NCBI RefSeq assembly: GCF_033026475.1
Contig: NC_090205.1
Location: 5,909,544 to 5,973,543, forward strand
DNA from: Channa argus
Lineage: Eukaryota
DNA length: 64,000 bases
Reading direction: 5' to 3'
Shown here: positions 11,466-25,000 of the stretch, piece by piece
Position numbering within the stretch: the first letter of the stretch is position 1
Layout: the number at the start of each line of letters is the position of its first letter
Notes under the pieces: generated by a model
Told to the model about the DNA's origin: nothing
Database searches by the model: none
What the model saw: only the letters and a program-made list of their open reading frames with translations
Made by a program: the position numbers and the translations under genes

Positions 11466-14400
11466 GGAAACACTGCAATAAAATCAACTAAGGAGCTTTC
11501 TGTAAGAAAGATAGACATTTCTCCATCGTTACATACAGTATGTCTTCATTTTGCCCAGTCCTATTTCTGGTTAAACCTTAGAACCTGCAGCACTCGCCTC
11601 CACAAACTGCAGGCATCTTGTTATTGTGAGGTTGCCTGCATCTGCACAACAGGACAAGAGGTGGATTTTTCAATGGGGAACAAAGCAGTGGACTGATCAG
11701 TCGGCATCGCTGTCCGTAAAGCAATAGCACTAGCATTGCTTAAAATCTGAACTGCAGAAAAGAATTCAGCTATGTCTGATTCAATGGGAAGAAAAAATGT
11801 TGCGAGTATTAACAGAAATTTCAGTGACATTCTTGGGCAGAAAGTGACGGTTCATGGGTTTTCTGGGTCTCCATGTTCCCCATGGGCTTTACTTGAGGTC
11901 AGGCCTAGTCTTATCTCCTTTCAGGAGTATAGTTTGATTCTATTTCTTGGTTATTGGTCATTTTACCCTCGGACACGCAGAATTGGAAAGGACATATTGT
12001 TTCTCGGTGGCCTTTGAGCACAGAGATACTCAGTCACTTTGAAATCCTTATAGCAAACATTGTTTTTGAGCACACAGAAGTAGTGATTCAAGAGTCCAGC
12101 AGCAGCGCAGCTATTCCCAAACCTACACTTCAACCCAGAGTAGATGCCGAGCACCAGCGCTGAGCATGTGGATGTCAGCCTGAGAGGTCATACCAGTCCC
12201 AGTGTATCCATCATAGCTGCCAGCCAGGTCAGCCTGTCAGATCCCCATGGTGAGCCGCCTTCCTGGATCAGAGGGGACGCTCTACTGCCTCTCCGACCCT
12301 TGGAAACCTCAAGGGGATACAGCGAGGATCTGACACTGATTCAATGATTTGAACTTGCAGAATATAATAAGTTAATCTGAATGAAACCCCACAAGGTGAA
12401 GAGGGGTGTAATTGAAAGGGTAAGATTGAGAGGAAATCACAGGGTCTCTAATTCAGAGCTATGGGCAGGTTGTGACTCATTCTCAGGAAATTTGTTCAAA
12501 TCTAGATTAAGTTATATTTGTATGCTTGGGAACTTAATAACAATCAGAGCTCACTGTGCTGTAAGCCCTTGTACATGGGTATATTGTGCTTTCAAACATT
12601 TGTCTCTTGTTAGTGTCTCGAGTTTTGCGGACACTGTTGCTAGTGAATCAAAACTTCCATTAAAAAAAGAAGCCAGTAAAAATCAACCACATTATCCATG
12701 TTTTCCAGTGCTTAAAACTGAAATTGTGTTAATTAAGCTGATTTATACAATACCCTTTTTGTGGTCACACAATCAGACAAGCAGCTTCTGTTGTCCACTA
12801 AATGCCATGATCCAGCACATTTCAGCTGAGCCACCTCACCAGCAAAAGAGACGTCCACAGAAGCCCGTGTCTCCCACATAACCAATGTTACTCCCATGTG
12901 GCAGAAAAAGCAGAGTGTTTATCATAGTCAAAACTGACTGCAGCATCACAATTACTGTCTCCACATGCGTCTCAACAGAGTCTCAGTGTACCAGCCTCAG
13001 ACCTCCTGTTTCTCTCCCCGCCAAGTACAGACTGTGAGAGCAGCCCACATTGCAGGCATGCGCTTACTATAATACAACCCACCAGGCAGGTTTGTAAGGA
13101 TGTTTGAGCTTTATATAACAGGTATCTTGAGTTAAGCTTTGCATATCAGCTTTGCAAACCTTTTCACGAAGAAGAAAATGTACTCATAATGAGCACAAAG
13201 AGAAATTTGTCAGTTTACCCGATATCTCCACAGGGTACCTTTAAACACTAAACCTCTAATTGTATGTGTGTGTCTTTGTTATCCCCTTGCGCACCTGCCT
13301 CTATTTTTGTTCTGCATTTTTGGGAATATAATATACTGTGTGCAAAACGCAGCGTATGAATTGGTGAATAAAATTAATCAGTAAAATCCCCTCTTATTAT
13401 TACGATCACTGATTAGACCTCATAGAGCCTTTTCAAAGAGCCATGCTTTGTTATTTGAGGCGCTGTCACCCAAGCAAACATATCTGATTTGATCTTAACC
13501 TCAGGTTGACATTTTCATAACATATTTATGTCAGTTAAAAATGAAATGTTTTGGGTTTTATACTGATGCACGACAGCTGTCTGACACATTGAAAGCATTT
13601 AGATTCACATCAAAACATATCAATGCTCGTATCAAATTCACGACTTAGACACTGGTTGTATCAGTTCTCATCAGATAAGTAATACGCAATCTCCTTTAAA
13701 GGGCAGCTTCATTGATTTTTGGCTCTAGTTGGGGGAGTGCATGTATCCAGATGACATAATCTGGAGGAGCAAGAAGCAAAAGGATATTTTAACCCATGTA
13801 AGCAGAGGGAAGTTTGGCATCATTCAGATACATGCACGCACTCCCCAAACTCAGGATGCGAGCTGAAAGTCAGTGAAGTCACCCCATACAGTACAAATGA
13901 CAGGGAACTGGTTCAATGCAAAACACACAGAAAAGTGCCATACGACATTATCATTATGCCTTTTTGTACAGCAGACGGAGCAGAGCAAAGATGGGAAAAC
14001 ATCTACAAACAAGCACATATCACACAAGGCAAAATTGGTGTCTGGAAAACCAATGAATATGAAAATGAGAACGCCCAGCTGACACTGTCCGTGGTGCTGA
14101 ATGCCTAAAATCACATAGTGCTGGAGGCACGTGCCCAACTGTCTTCTGTGCCTTCATTCTCTTCCACCTTTCTATACTGTTGTAGCTCAGTCGCACTCCA
14201 CATTTTAATCTCAGTCATTGGAAGCATTATTTTTTTTATTCCCATCACAATTCACCTCCATCGATACTTGCAAAATCACTCTAAGATCCTTAGCAATAAT
14301 AGAACATTTCCCTAGCACCACTGATTGCTTCAATTGGATTTCAATGCTCCAGGCAGATTAGGGAAATATTGATGCTTGGGTTACAACTCCAACTTCGAGG

Positions 14401-16249
14401 GTGGTGATGCTGCATCATGGCCCTAATAATAAGATTGAGGGGCAGGAACGATGGCGTCGTGAAAGAATCAACACCCCGAGTCACAGTCAGTAGTAAAAAT
14501 ACAGTTTGTTTTTATGGCCGAGGAGTTTTGATCGGTCCTCAATGGGTTTTAAAGCAACGGTGACACACTGTATGTGTTTATGAAGCTCCAGAACTCAAAA
14601 TTCTACCGTTTAGATACGAATATCACAGCAAAATCAGCTTTGTATGATTAAAGGGGACGTGCACAGTCCCTTTTGTGTGTCATTTTCTGTCATCTTTGGC
14701 AGCATAGCCTCATTTGATCCCTGTGTAAGTCTCTGTGTAAGGGATTATTACATTCCAATTCTAGTCCCTGACAACTTGATAACCAAGAGGTTCCAAATTC
14801 ACCTTGCTTTCTAACTTGAAATCACAGCCACGTCTGGGGAAGACACAGCTGTGTAAAAATGTTTTCATATTCTTTTACCAGTATCACAGAATAAGCCTGA
14901 ATAACAGGGGGAACTTTGCCTTCCGTGTAAAAATAAAGAAATAATAAATACCTCAACTGTAGGTGGTTACTCAGGCCCGAGCTACAGTATGTGGTATCGT
15001 ATATGAGCCATATGAGCCCATGATGGCAGCAATGGGATGCAGAGCTGTTGCCTCTAAGCCAAAAATAGTTAGGTTTCATAAACCTTGTCTGTGCACACTT
15101 CAGCACATCACAGGTACAAACGGACCATTAAGCTAATGGAGCTGAGCAGACAGCACATGTTCAGTTGCCATCTTTACAGAACTCACAGGGAGCCAATTAC
15201 AGCAAATCCCCCTTCTCTGTGTAGAACAGTTCCTCATTCCAAGCAGCTTTGCAGAGGCAGGCCAAAAAAGACCAGGCCATAATTATAATGAGCAAAAGGT
15301 AAACAATCCTACAAACTGTCAAAACACCAGCTAGTCGTTGTTTAAGGTTTGTGCATGTGGAACAAATTATACCTTTAGGGACCATTTGTGAAACATTCCA
15401 GATGCAAAAACACCTGGGTAATGATGGATAAAGAAACATTTGGAAACCCTCTGACTGACTTTGATTTTTCATTTAGGGTTTGACAGCAGCCAAACCGCAT
15501 GAGGTAAATGTGACTTTTTTCATTTCAGTTGTATTTACTGTAGAATTACAAACCGGCCAGGGTTTATGAACAAAAGTCACATGGGCTAAAAAGTAGGTTT
15601 CTTATTGAAGAGCGCTGCTGATACCCAAAGCTTACAGTGCCTCAATATCTGCTTTAAGCCCTAAGCACTGAACTCTCACAGACTTTAAATAACATCTCAT
15701 GCACTGTCTAGGCTAGTGTCGGTACTGACTTGATTGATGAGGATTTGATGGACTTCATAGGGTCCGACTTGGAATATGATTAGTCAGTAGTGTACAGCAG
15801 TGTACAGTATCTGTCCCCTGAGGTTTGCATTAATCATATGTGACAGTTGTGTTAAATCTGAAACCTCAAAGTGTTCCAGTGGAAAGTGCTTGTTTTCTTC
15901 CATCTCACACCTCCCACATTACTGTTTTTGATTTATCTACAGTAAGTGCAGCCCACCTACACGACGGGCTTGAAACATACTAAACAACAGTGCAGCCTAA
16001 CCCTGTGGACTGTTTAATGCAAAGTAGTCACCTCGTTCTAATTAGCAGTATCTACACTGTAGTCAGTGGGTCACCTACTACCCATCAGTAGGGGGATGGG
16101 CAGGTATCGGGGTGGGAAAAACCCACTTGTTTCCTGATGAAACTGTAGTCAGTGTTGAGAGGGTGGTCAGTGTACAAAGCATAGGACCGACAAGCCAAAG
16201 ACCCAAGAGTATCTCTGTTCCAGAGTCTCGCTAAGCTCGGGAAGACAAC

Positions 16250-16400
16250 CACTGACGCTACGGTCAGTGAAAGATTGTGTATGTGTTTAAAAATAATAAA
16301 ACACATTTTCTGTAAAATGACCTCTATTGCATGAGCCCTTCTGGCCCTAACCAACTCCTGAAACACTAGCATAAAATATTTTAGTAACACTGTAGACACA
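16250..16400 (-). repeat. Inverted copy of the 21420..21560 repeat family
   Basis: See the 21170..21560 feature. The encoded peptides are similar (LQCPVCVSTVLLKYFMLVFQELVRARR versus LQCPDCPTTALLKHFMVVFRWLQRLVRVRR). Confidence 0.55.
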
Positions 16401-16704
16401 CAAACTGGACATTGTAGCAGGATCACAAATCATGGCAATAAACAAAAACGGACAGTTTGCTGCAAGATCTGATATTTTGGCAGCAGAAAATACATTGTCT
16501 GGTAACATTTCACTGATATGTTCAGTATCAACATATTTGCAAATAAAAAAAAAAGGGCTGTGGTGGAAATTACATTTTTCTGGAGAACGTAATCCCGTTT
16601 GCAGTTTGGATGTATAGGAACATCATTTTAGGAGACATGGTTGGCTGTGCCTGCTGCTAAAATGCTAAAAGCTCCTTACAGTATTCATGCACACCCAGTG
16701 ATGG

Positions 16705-16795
16705 CAGCTGCCATTCAAGGTGCACGTCTGACCCTCTGTGCTTCCCAGAAAACTACTCTACCACCTGAGCTAGAGGTGGTGTAGAGTGGGCACCT
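16705..16795 (-). mobile_element. Truncated head fragment of the same SINE family as 11205..11465
   Basis: gatggcagctgccattcaaggtgcacgtctgaccc…ctctaccacctgagctagaggtgg parallels gatggtggcagctggcatgtgagcttgaccc…ctctacctgctgagccacagctgc at 11340..11460. Confidence 0.45.
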
Positions 16796-18545
16796 ACTGT
16801 ACCATATGTAAGAGCAGATAACGGGCCACTGAACAGTCTGATCCAAAACATGTGGACAAAACAAACACTGATTGAGTGGAGCTGGTGAAATTCCATGTGC
16901 ATTGGAGTGTGAGCACGTCACCATGCTAAATCTTAAATCAAGTGCAGCCTCAGAGAGCTGCTGGAGTGGCTGCAGACTATATAGCCTTCCCTCCCGACAC
17001 AGAGCACGCCTCAGCTGTGCTTCTCAGGCATCCATCTTTATTTTAATCAATAAAACCATCCAAACACACCATGTAATGGCATGTGCTTTACGCATATAAC
17101 CACAACCAGAAGCATCTTTATAGGCTCCAAGTCAATTTTTTTCCGTTTTGCACTAGAGCAGGGATCGTGTATTGCACTCTGAGAGCTGTCACAACAGTAG
17201 TAGCCACTTTCTGCGGCTGAATGCATCTGGGTTACACAGACTAGGAACTAAAGCTGCTGCTTTTTCCACATCAGAGCTGATTGAACCTGTTCTATTGCAG
17301 CTCCTTCCTTTAATGACCTGCCATAAGCGTTTTTTTTTTCATGGACTTTATTTTTAATTTTAAAAAAGGGAGATTACATCAAGGGACAATTGCTTGGCTT
17401 GTCTCAGCTCAGCTGTTATCTCTGAGTACAACTTGTAGAATCCCATGTAGAAGTGACAGTGGTTGTTTCCTCTGTAATGTCTTCAGCGTAGTTTGATGAG
17501 CACAATTTTGCTCTGAACGTGACACACTTATTTTCATTTTACTGACCCCGCTGCCTTTCTTTAGTACCACTCCAAAGAGTTGAAATGTTCGGCCCCATCG
17601 ACACCCCCCGTAACTCAAAAAATAATTTGTTTAGATTTCATTATGCAGTACTTCAGACTTATTTCTTGTAACTATACCGTATCTTTGAATTGGCAAACAA
17701 TAATGATAAACAGAGGTAGACTGAAATATTTTTGTTGCTTGCATAAAACATGTCTCCATTTTTTTTGTTCTTGGTAATAACTCAAGTGTGTGTTGTTTCT
17801 GTCCCAGAGCCCGTAAATTGTGCATCTCTTTTATCAGTCCTCGGAGACTGCTGCAAATTTACAAGAAGATGGGACTTGTGAGGAGAGGAATATCTGCCTC
17901 TGTAGGGTCTGTTTCCTATCTGTCCCTCAGGAAGCCATTACTGTGAACTAGCTTTGTTTATAGGGAACGAGTCTGGATGTGAAGCAAGCTAAGGGAAGGA
18001 ACATGGTGAAATGTTGTTTGTCTGGATAAAGACCAAATGTTTCACATTCATAGTTATTTTTTCTCCTCAAAGGAGGACCTTGTTTTACATTAGATGAAAA
18101 AATAACTCTGATAAAATTCCAGTGCACTCATCCACAGACAGAAATAACCTAAATTAGCTCGATATAGCAACAATTTGCATGTTAACATCTAACTCACTTC
18201 AAGCTCTGCGGATATAAATTAAAACAATATCATGAAATATTATTGCCCTTTCCAATAAGTAAAAAAAACACCAGACAGCCACTCGTGTGTCTGGCTGCTT
18301 GCTCCCATTAGCCACTGCAGCTCTCCACTCCCATTCTTCTTCTCAGCGGCCCTTTGTTAAAGTACGGTGGCAGTGTGACTCACCTTGTTTGCTCATTACA
18401 CGAACACAAAGACAGTCATTAGAGTAAAAAAGGCTTTCATTTCCAACTACCAGACCCCGGTAAAGAAGCATAAGTCATAACTTAACACCCTAAATAACAT
18501 CTCAAATTATGCACGCACTTAACTTTAAAATTAGAGACAGCTAAA

Positions 18546-18584
18546 TTTTATATATATGTAGAGAGAGAGAAAGAGAGAGAGAGA
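18546..18584. repeat. (TA)n/(GA)n microsatellite
   Basis: tatatatatgtagagagagaaagagagagagaga. Confidence 0.9.
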
Positions 18585-20926
18585 TCCAGCAACACCTGAC
18601 AGTTCTGGGTTGAAATCCAGAACTGGATGATTGTGTGCCCCACTTTCCTGTCCTACTCTACACACCAGCTAGTTAGTTAACTAGGGAATCTTAATAATAA
18701 TATTCATTGTCAATTTCAGTTTCATGCCATTTCATTTTAAATGTTCTAGTTTTTATTGTCAAATGTTAACAAACAAGGGTTGTTTTGACTTGAAGGCCTT
18801 TAACTTAAAATTCTTTGTTGAATGAACAAATGTCTGAGAGTTCACTCAACTCATTAAATCACAAAGTAATTTGACTTTTAAAAAAGTACATTAGAAGATT
18901 TTCCCAGCATGCATTGTTTCAGAGATAAAGCTCGAAATGTCAGACATGTATGCGTTAAATACATGTTAAATTTGGTCATTGTTGTTAGTTTTCACAATAA
19001 TAAAACAGCATGTACCATAATGAATTTAGTCATGACTTCAGTGCCGACGCCCATCCACTGAATTTATCAGTGACTAGGAAAAGCGTAAGCAGATGCTACA
19101 AGGTAGGTTATCTTGTTAGCTGCAGAACGTTTTTATTTTTTTTGACACTGAAATGGTAAATCTTAAAAAAGACTGAGACTATTTTATAGGTGCTTTACAA
19201 AAGTTTACAAAACTACCAAGAGCATTCAATAAATAATCAAATTTAACTAAACAAACATGTTATTTAATCAAAATATCATTTAGTTTTCTTAGAAAAGAGA
19301 ATTTTATCATTAAATTGAAGGGGGTCATTTCACCCATAGTTTTAAGTTGATGAGTTATATTTTACAGTACATGTACATAGGAACGGGTACAATATGTCCA
19401 CAATATTTAGTATACAAGCAATTTCACATAAATGAAAATACTTGGATGTGAGTTGGCAAACGGACATCAAAGACACCCAGTTTTGAGAGCCATCCCAATT
19501 AAGTGTTCGAAAATCAAAGGAAGATGTGATGTATGAAGCTAATGTGGAACATTAACACCCATTAACAGCATACAAAAACCAAATGCTTTTTTTAGTCTCC
19601 ATAATGACGTTTTTCATTAGACATAACATAACTCTTGTCACTTGCCCAGTGTGAGGTGGGATAGGCTCCAGTCGAGTGCAACACTTTGGGATAGTTTGCC
19701 GGGAACTCTGCATGCTCCCACATATTAGAAGCTAAGCACTTTTTAGCGCGATCATCTATTGTGAACAAAAAGAAGAATCCTCACAGAACAAACAGCAGTC
19801 ACACAAGCTTTCATCCGTTTTTTCATTCGAAAACACAACATGCATACAAATATGTCCTTTCAGAGGGCAGGTGGGAATTTATCACCGTTGTATTATTAGG
19901 AAGATTGAACTGAAATAGAAATTGACAGCAAAGGCCTCGACACAGCCTGTTTGTCATTAGAAACTTTTGGGTATTTTCAAGTAAAGGATCATCAGTAAAG
20001 CAACTTTAGGCTGTCAGGACTCTTTGAGAGACACTGAGAGGCACTGTGCAACATCGCTTAGTGGTGCAAAGATGAAATGAAGGTCAACATGAACAAACCT
20101 GGCTATTGTGAATTGGAAATACAGTGTTCAAACCCTGACCTTCAGAAGTGGCCTCTGCTAATGATGCTAATGAACTCGTCTGATGTCCTCCCACGTTGCC
20201 TCATTCTCCTCTTTCAGTCTTGCTAATCACATCATGGCACAATATTTTTTGTCCTTTTAACAATAACATTGATGAATGTTAAGGTCATTTATCATCAGTG
20301 CTATCAGCTCCTGGCAGCAGGTTTTAATCATCCCCTGATAGATAAAGCCGGAGGTATAATATCCAATACCGCACATCTTCTAGAGTAGGAAATGTTATTA
20401 AAAAGTTGCAAAGCTGGTAGATTGTGAGACTCGCTAACTGCAGAGGAGCTTTCTGTGTCAATATGTTAGTGCAGGATATCTACAGTCAGAGTACAATGAG
20501 AGCGCTCTATCATAAGAGCTGAAACTCCAGTAACCTCCAAAAAGCATCCAGACTTCCAAGCTCATATATCATATCATGTAGCAGCACTGAACATGAGCTT
20601 TGCACCAAAAGTTATTTCATCTGAGCACAAATGTAATAGCATTTTAGCGTTTAACAGCAATCCTGCAGATGTGGTCAACAGTAAGGCAAAAAATTACAAA
20701 ACACTGCAGTAATTTCTGCATCTGTTGAGAGTCTGTCAATGGAGCAAAGGTGTGTTTTCACTCTGACGTGTGTTATCCGAGCCTGTAGGACAGCAGGCCT
20801 GACTCAGGAATGATTTAGTCCGTGTTTTAGAATTTGTTCATAACAAGTCACTAAAGCCAGTCTTGAATCACTAGAATCTTCTGGTAGGAACCTACAAACA
20901 AATGACTCATATATAATCATATGTAT

Positions 20927-21110
20927 GCGGCTTCGTAGCTCAATGGGTAGAACAGCAGGATGGGATCAAATCCCAGCATACCCACCAGGTGTGTCTCTGA
21001 GCAAGACACTCAGAGGTAGCTACCGGTGGTGCCCCCCTGTGGCTGCCCACTGCTCCCCCCCCCCCCAGGGGAGGGCTCTGAGTCTTACTGGTAAAAGGGC
21101 ATCGGAGCAG
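20927..21110 (+). mobile_element. tRNA-derived SINE copy
   Basis: It has a tRNA-like head, gcggcttcgtagctcaatgggtagaacagcagg…ggatcaaatccc, with no matching acceptor stem, so it is not a genuine tRNA. The body …tgtctctgagcaagacactcagaggtagctaccggtggtgcccccctgtggctgcccactgctcc is typical of fish SINEs. Confidence 0.7.
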
Positions 21111-21169
21111 ATAATAATGGAAACACGCTTTAAATAAGTCAGAGGACCGAAAGTCAATAATGCAACACT

Positions 21170-21560
21170 TTATCCTAAAAATTACAATCCTGCACAACTA
21201 AAATGCAAATGCATTTAGCTTTTCCCGAGAAATGTAATTTAAACCACATTAAGTTTCCTGTGAACATAATGATAAAATGTGACATGTATCGTAAATGGGG
21301 AGTTGGAAATATGTTGGTACTGAACATAATTATAAAATGTTAACAGGCAATGTATGTTTGTCTGCCAACATTCACAATCTAGGAACAAAATATTTGTCTT
21401 CGTTTTCTGCCATAATATGCAATCCTGCACTACAATGTCCAGATTGTCCAACTACAGCGTTGTTAAAGCATTTTATGGTTGTGTTTAGGTGGCTACAGCG
21501 GTTGGTTAGGGTCAGAAGAAGATCGAGGGGTGGCTTAATAAAGGAAAATCATTTTACACA
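21170..21560 (+). repeat. Interspersed repeat with internal sub-repeats, homologous in inverted orientation to 16250..16400
   Basis: aatcctgcactacaatgtccagattgtccaactacagcgttgttaaagcattttatggttgtgtttaggtggctacagcggttggttagggtcagaag is similar to the reverse complement of 16250..16400 (gatcctgctacaatgtccagtttgtgtgtctacagtgttactaaaatattttatgctagtgtttcaggagttggttagggccagaag). The ORFs 21295..21657 and 16085..16426 are translations of this repeat. Confidence 0.6.
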
Positions 21561-21857
21561 AAAAATGCATTTCTATAGCTTCCACCCTCCCCAACTCCCT
21601 CCCGTCAGCTCAACTGTCATTCAACTGTCAATCCTTACGTTCACTACAAAAACCTAATCACATTTACAGTTTAGTAGTATGGGAAAGTAATTATCAGGAG
21701 ACAGGGTTGTAATAATGACCAACATCTGCACCAACAAATGCTGTGTGATAGTGTGTGATCAGCAGGACTGGCAGCTTAGGCTACATCATCAGGCAGTTTA
21801 TCCAACATGTAAATATGTCTCGTTAACATAAGGATCTACATTTTCCTCACACAGTGC

Positions 21858-22018
21858 AGGGTTGCTGGAGCTCAGCTGGTAGAGCAGTCGCCATTACCAA
21901 AAGTGTGTTGTGGATCCTGGTGGGTTTGCATCATACCAAATGATAATGAACTACTGTGCCCACTAGTGGTTAGAGCAGGAACCTATTAAACCATATGTAT
22001 GAGCTGATAAAAAAAAAG
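21858..22018 (+). mobile_element. tRNA-derived SINE-like element with A-rich tail
   Basis: It has a tRNA A-box-like head, ggagctcagctggtagagcag, and ends in gataaaaaaaaagg. No cloverleaf-compatible acceptor stem is present. Confidence 0.5.
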
Positions 22019-25000
22019 GTAACATGCCTTCGAAAGTGTAATAATAGAAGTTACATTACCAGTCAACTAAACCTGATGCTATTGCTAAACCTGCTCAGAA
22101 ACCCAGGTGTTGCTTTTCTTCTTTCCATCATCTTAGTGTTAGACCGTATGGGTTATTCTTGTCTCTCTCTGCCATTTGTTTTTTAGTCCTGTTGATCCTG
22201 ACGCTCGTCTTCTATTCTCATTGTTGGTAATAAGTCGACCCACCAGTTGGCGGTGGCTATATGATTTCCCCCGACACATATGTTGTGATCATCTTCTTTC
22301 TTGTTCTTTTTATGTTTTATAGTGGCTGGCAAACTGTGAAATGAGTCACCATCAACACCCACTGCAACGCAGTGTGTCACTGGCGTGTATTTCGCTTTAA
22401 CGTTGTAACCTTTGTTCACACCTTGTTGCTTGGGGACACATAGGACAGTGTAGTGTATCTTAGTCAGCACATCAAGTCTCACTCGACCATTTTAGAAAGA
22501 GCAGAATATAGCAGCTTATATGAAAAAATGTCCGTTTTAGCACATTATTTTTATTGTCTGGGGGACGTCTGTTTCATAGCGTCCCTTTAAAGGGGAAACA
22601 CAAACATAAAAAAAGTGCAGCTTACAGCAAACCACCACACATCCTTATTTCTATCACCCGAGAGTACGGCAATCAAAAATATATATAATCGGATTAAAAG
22701 TTGGTATTTTCATGACCTTAAATGAGCAATGTTATACACCTTGAGTCAGACAACGTACTATTCCATATGTATTTAGGAGTCCCAGATCCTTACGCTATGG
22801 GTTTCATTTTGCAGGGTTGCAATGTGGTTGAAATGTGCACATAAACAAGCAAAAGGTTTTGAATATTTCAGAAAGGAGGAAAACAGATTTCAAGACTTAA
22901 GTTAAACTCACAACTTTTGAGCCCCTACTTTCATGGCAGAGTATTATCAGCTGTTGCAGAAACATATTTGCACTAGTCTTGTTTCCCTGTGTTTATGCAG
23001 AGCAGGTGCGATGGTGCAGCTCATTTTGACATAAAATTGTGCTTATGTTTCTGTCTGTTTAGACGTCCAAGCAAAAGCAAGAGACTTGGAAGTACGATGT
23101 CCCTGAGAGCTCAACACACACTACCACTTAGGAGAGAATGCAAATAGACATAACACTAGGAAACTAAAAAACATATGGACAACACGTGTGCAGCATGTAG
23201 AAATTAAAACACAAATCAATACAGAGATACGCTTCAAAAACCTCCTCGTAATGAGACTATATTAAATTAAAAAGGAGTCAAACACTGCAGCACTAATCAT
23301 GAAGACCTTCACTTCTGGCTATTACCATAAAAACAGCCAGCCGAGGTCTATGCAGCATGCCATCCATCCAGTCTGCCAACCTAGTGGTCACTCATGGTAC
23401 TACAATCCTTTTTGACGATTGTCCACAGTGTTAAAATGAAAAAAGTCTGTAAAACAGCTGGAAGTAGAAATTAGAAAAACGTTTTCTTATGCATTTTAAC
23501 TGATGGATGATTTATAATTGCAATGATTTCCATGCTCTAGAATAGCAAGTTTTATTTTTGTGACTAAATCAAGACGCCATTCGGCTACATCATCCATCCC
23601 AGTTTCTATCCTGCAGATGCTACTCTGAAATTATCCTCAAAAAAATTCTTCCTTCTTATCATATTTGCTTGATGTTGCTCGGGAAATTACAATATTAAAC
23701 ACTAATGCAGGTGCGCAGTAGATGCAGAAACTGTTTTTGGGCTCATGGGTGGCTCATGGTTTTGATTCAAGTTAAATGGGCATCCATCTACCACCCCTAA
23801 GTCTGGGATTCAATTCTAGTTAAAGATAAGGTTTGCAACATCTTCCATGTTACTTCAGGCCTCACACCTCAAAATGTTACACATATGTTCAGTATCAACA
23901 TGCTGTGACCTGTTCAGGACGTCTCGTTAGTTTGACGAAAAATTGAATTCCGGTGAAGGAAGGCTGGCAGCACACACCCTCCTGTATCTGGTTGTGTAAG
24001 TTGAGTTGAGTCATGGCAGCTGGACTTCTTCCTTGTTAGTACGAAATGTTTCACTACTCATCCAAGTAGCTAGAAGAACCGAACGTATGAGCTACTGCAG
24101 CAGTGACTCACTTTCTACACAACATTACCTGGATGACTGAGAATCTTCACAGAAATAAAGAAAAATCCTATAATCACCTGCACATATACCACGGTGTCTA
24201 AGCCACTTGTGGGCTTCCACTGCCTCATCACATGCTTACGACTGACATTCAAGATAATCACCTCAGTATCGACACATTCGGTGTCACTCGCTTATCTATG
24301 GTATCTTGGATCCACAGATATTTTGGATTAATTTCAGGGCTGTCATTTGGGATTTATTCAGTATTGATTATAGTGAACCAGATTTGTTGAGATTTGCATG
24401 TATCCTCGGGCTCAGTTTTAAATCTGGAAACTCATAATCCCTGAATGAGACACTAAGCCCTCTCAAAGGCGCCATTTGTGAGCATTTTCCATGGATCTTT
24501 CACAGTAATTGGCAATTTGCACCACTCTCCCTTACCACACAAATTATTTTACAATGTATTTTTAATAGATATTAAGAGCTGTTATGCAGTTACTCTCTGA
24601 CTCACACTCCCTCCTCTCCATCACATGGATGCAGGGTTTCTGCGGTTCCCCTAAAAAGCTGGAGTGTAATTCTCAGTGGCCATGGGCAAAATCCATCACT
24701 TGGAGATTTTCCTGTGACCGTAGCTGCGGAGGCCGGATTGTTTCATTCCTTTTGTGTAGAATACTGCACTATACTTATTTATCCACTGATGACTGTGCAA
24801 AGGTGGAGTGGGGTTCACAAGTCACAAGTTGTTGCTAAAAGTGCCCATGCTTGTATGAAATGTAGATCAAAATAGCCTGGGAGGTAAAGCTGTGCTTTGC
24901 ATGTCCGGGTCCTGCCAGTTCCGTTGCTGCAAGCATGAATCTTAGGTTGGTGAGGATTGAGCTCAGACTGTGGAATTTTAAACAGTATCTGGACAAGATA

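Noticed and set aside
12381-12881. 166-aa ORF on the plus strand
   Set aside because: It has no recognisable motifs and sits in a region with no splice or codon-bias support. I consider it a chance ORF in intergenic or TE-derived DNA.
20927-21000. Possible tRNA genes at 20927, 21858, 48932 and 4958 (tRNA-like A/B boxes)
   Set aside because: None has a 3' acceptor-stem complement or a cloverleaf-compatible length. All continue into long non-tRNA bodies with conserved SINE cores, so they are SINE heads and not tRNA genes.
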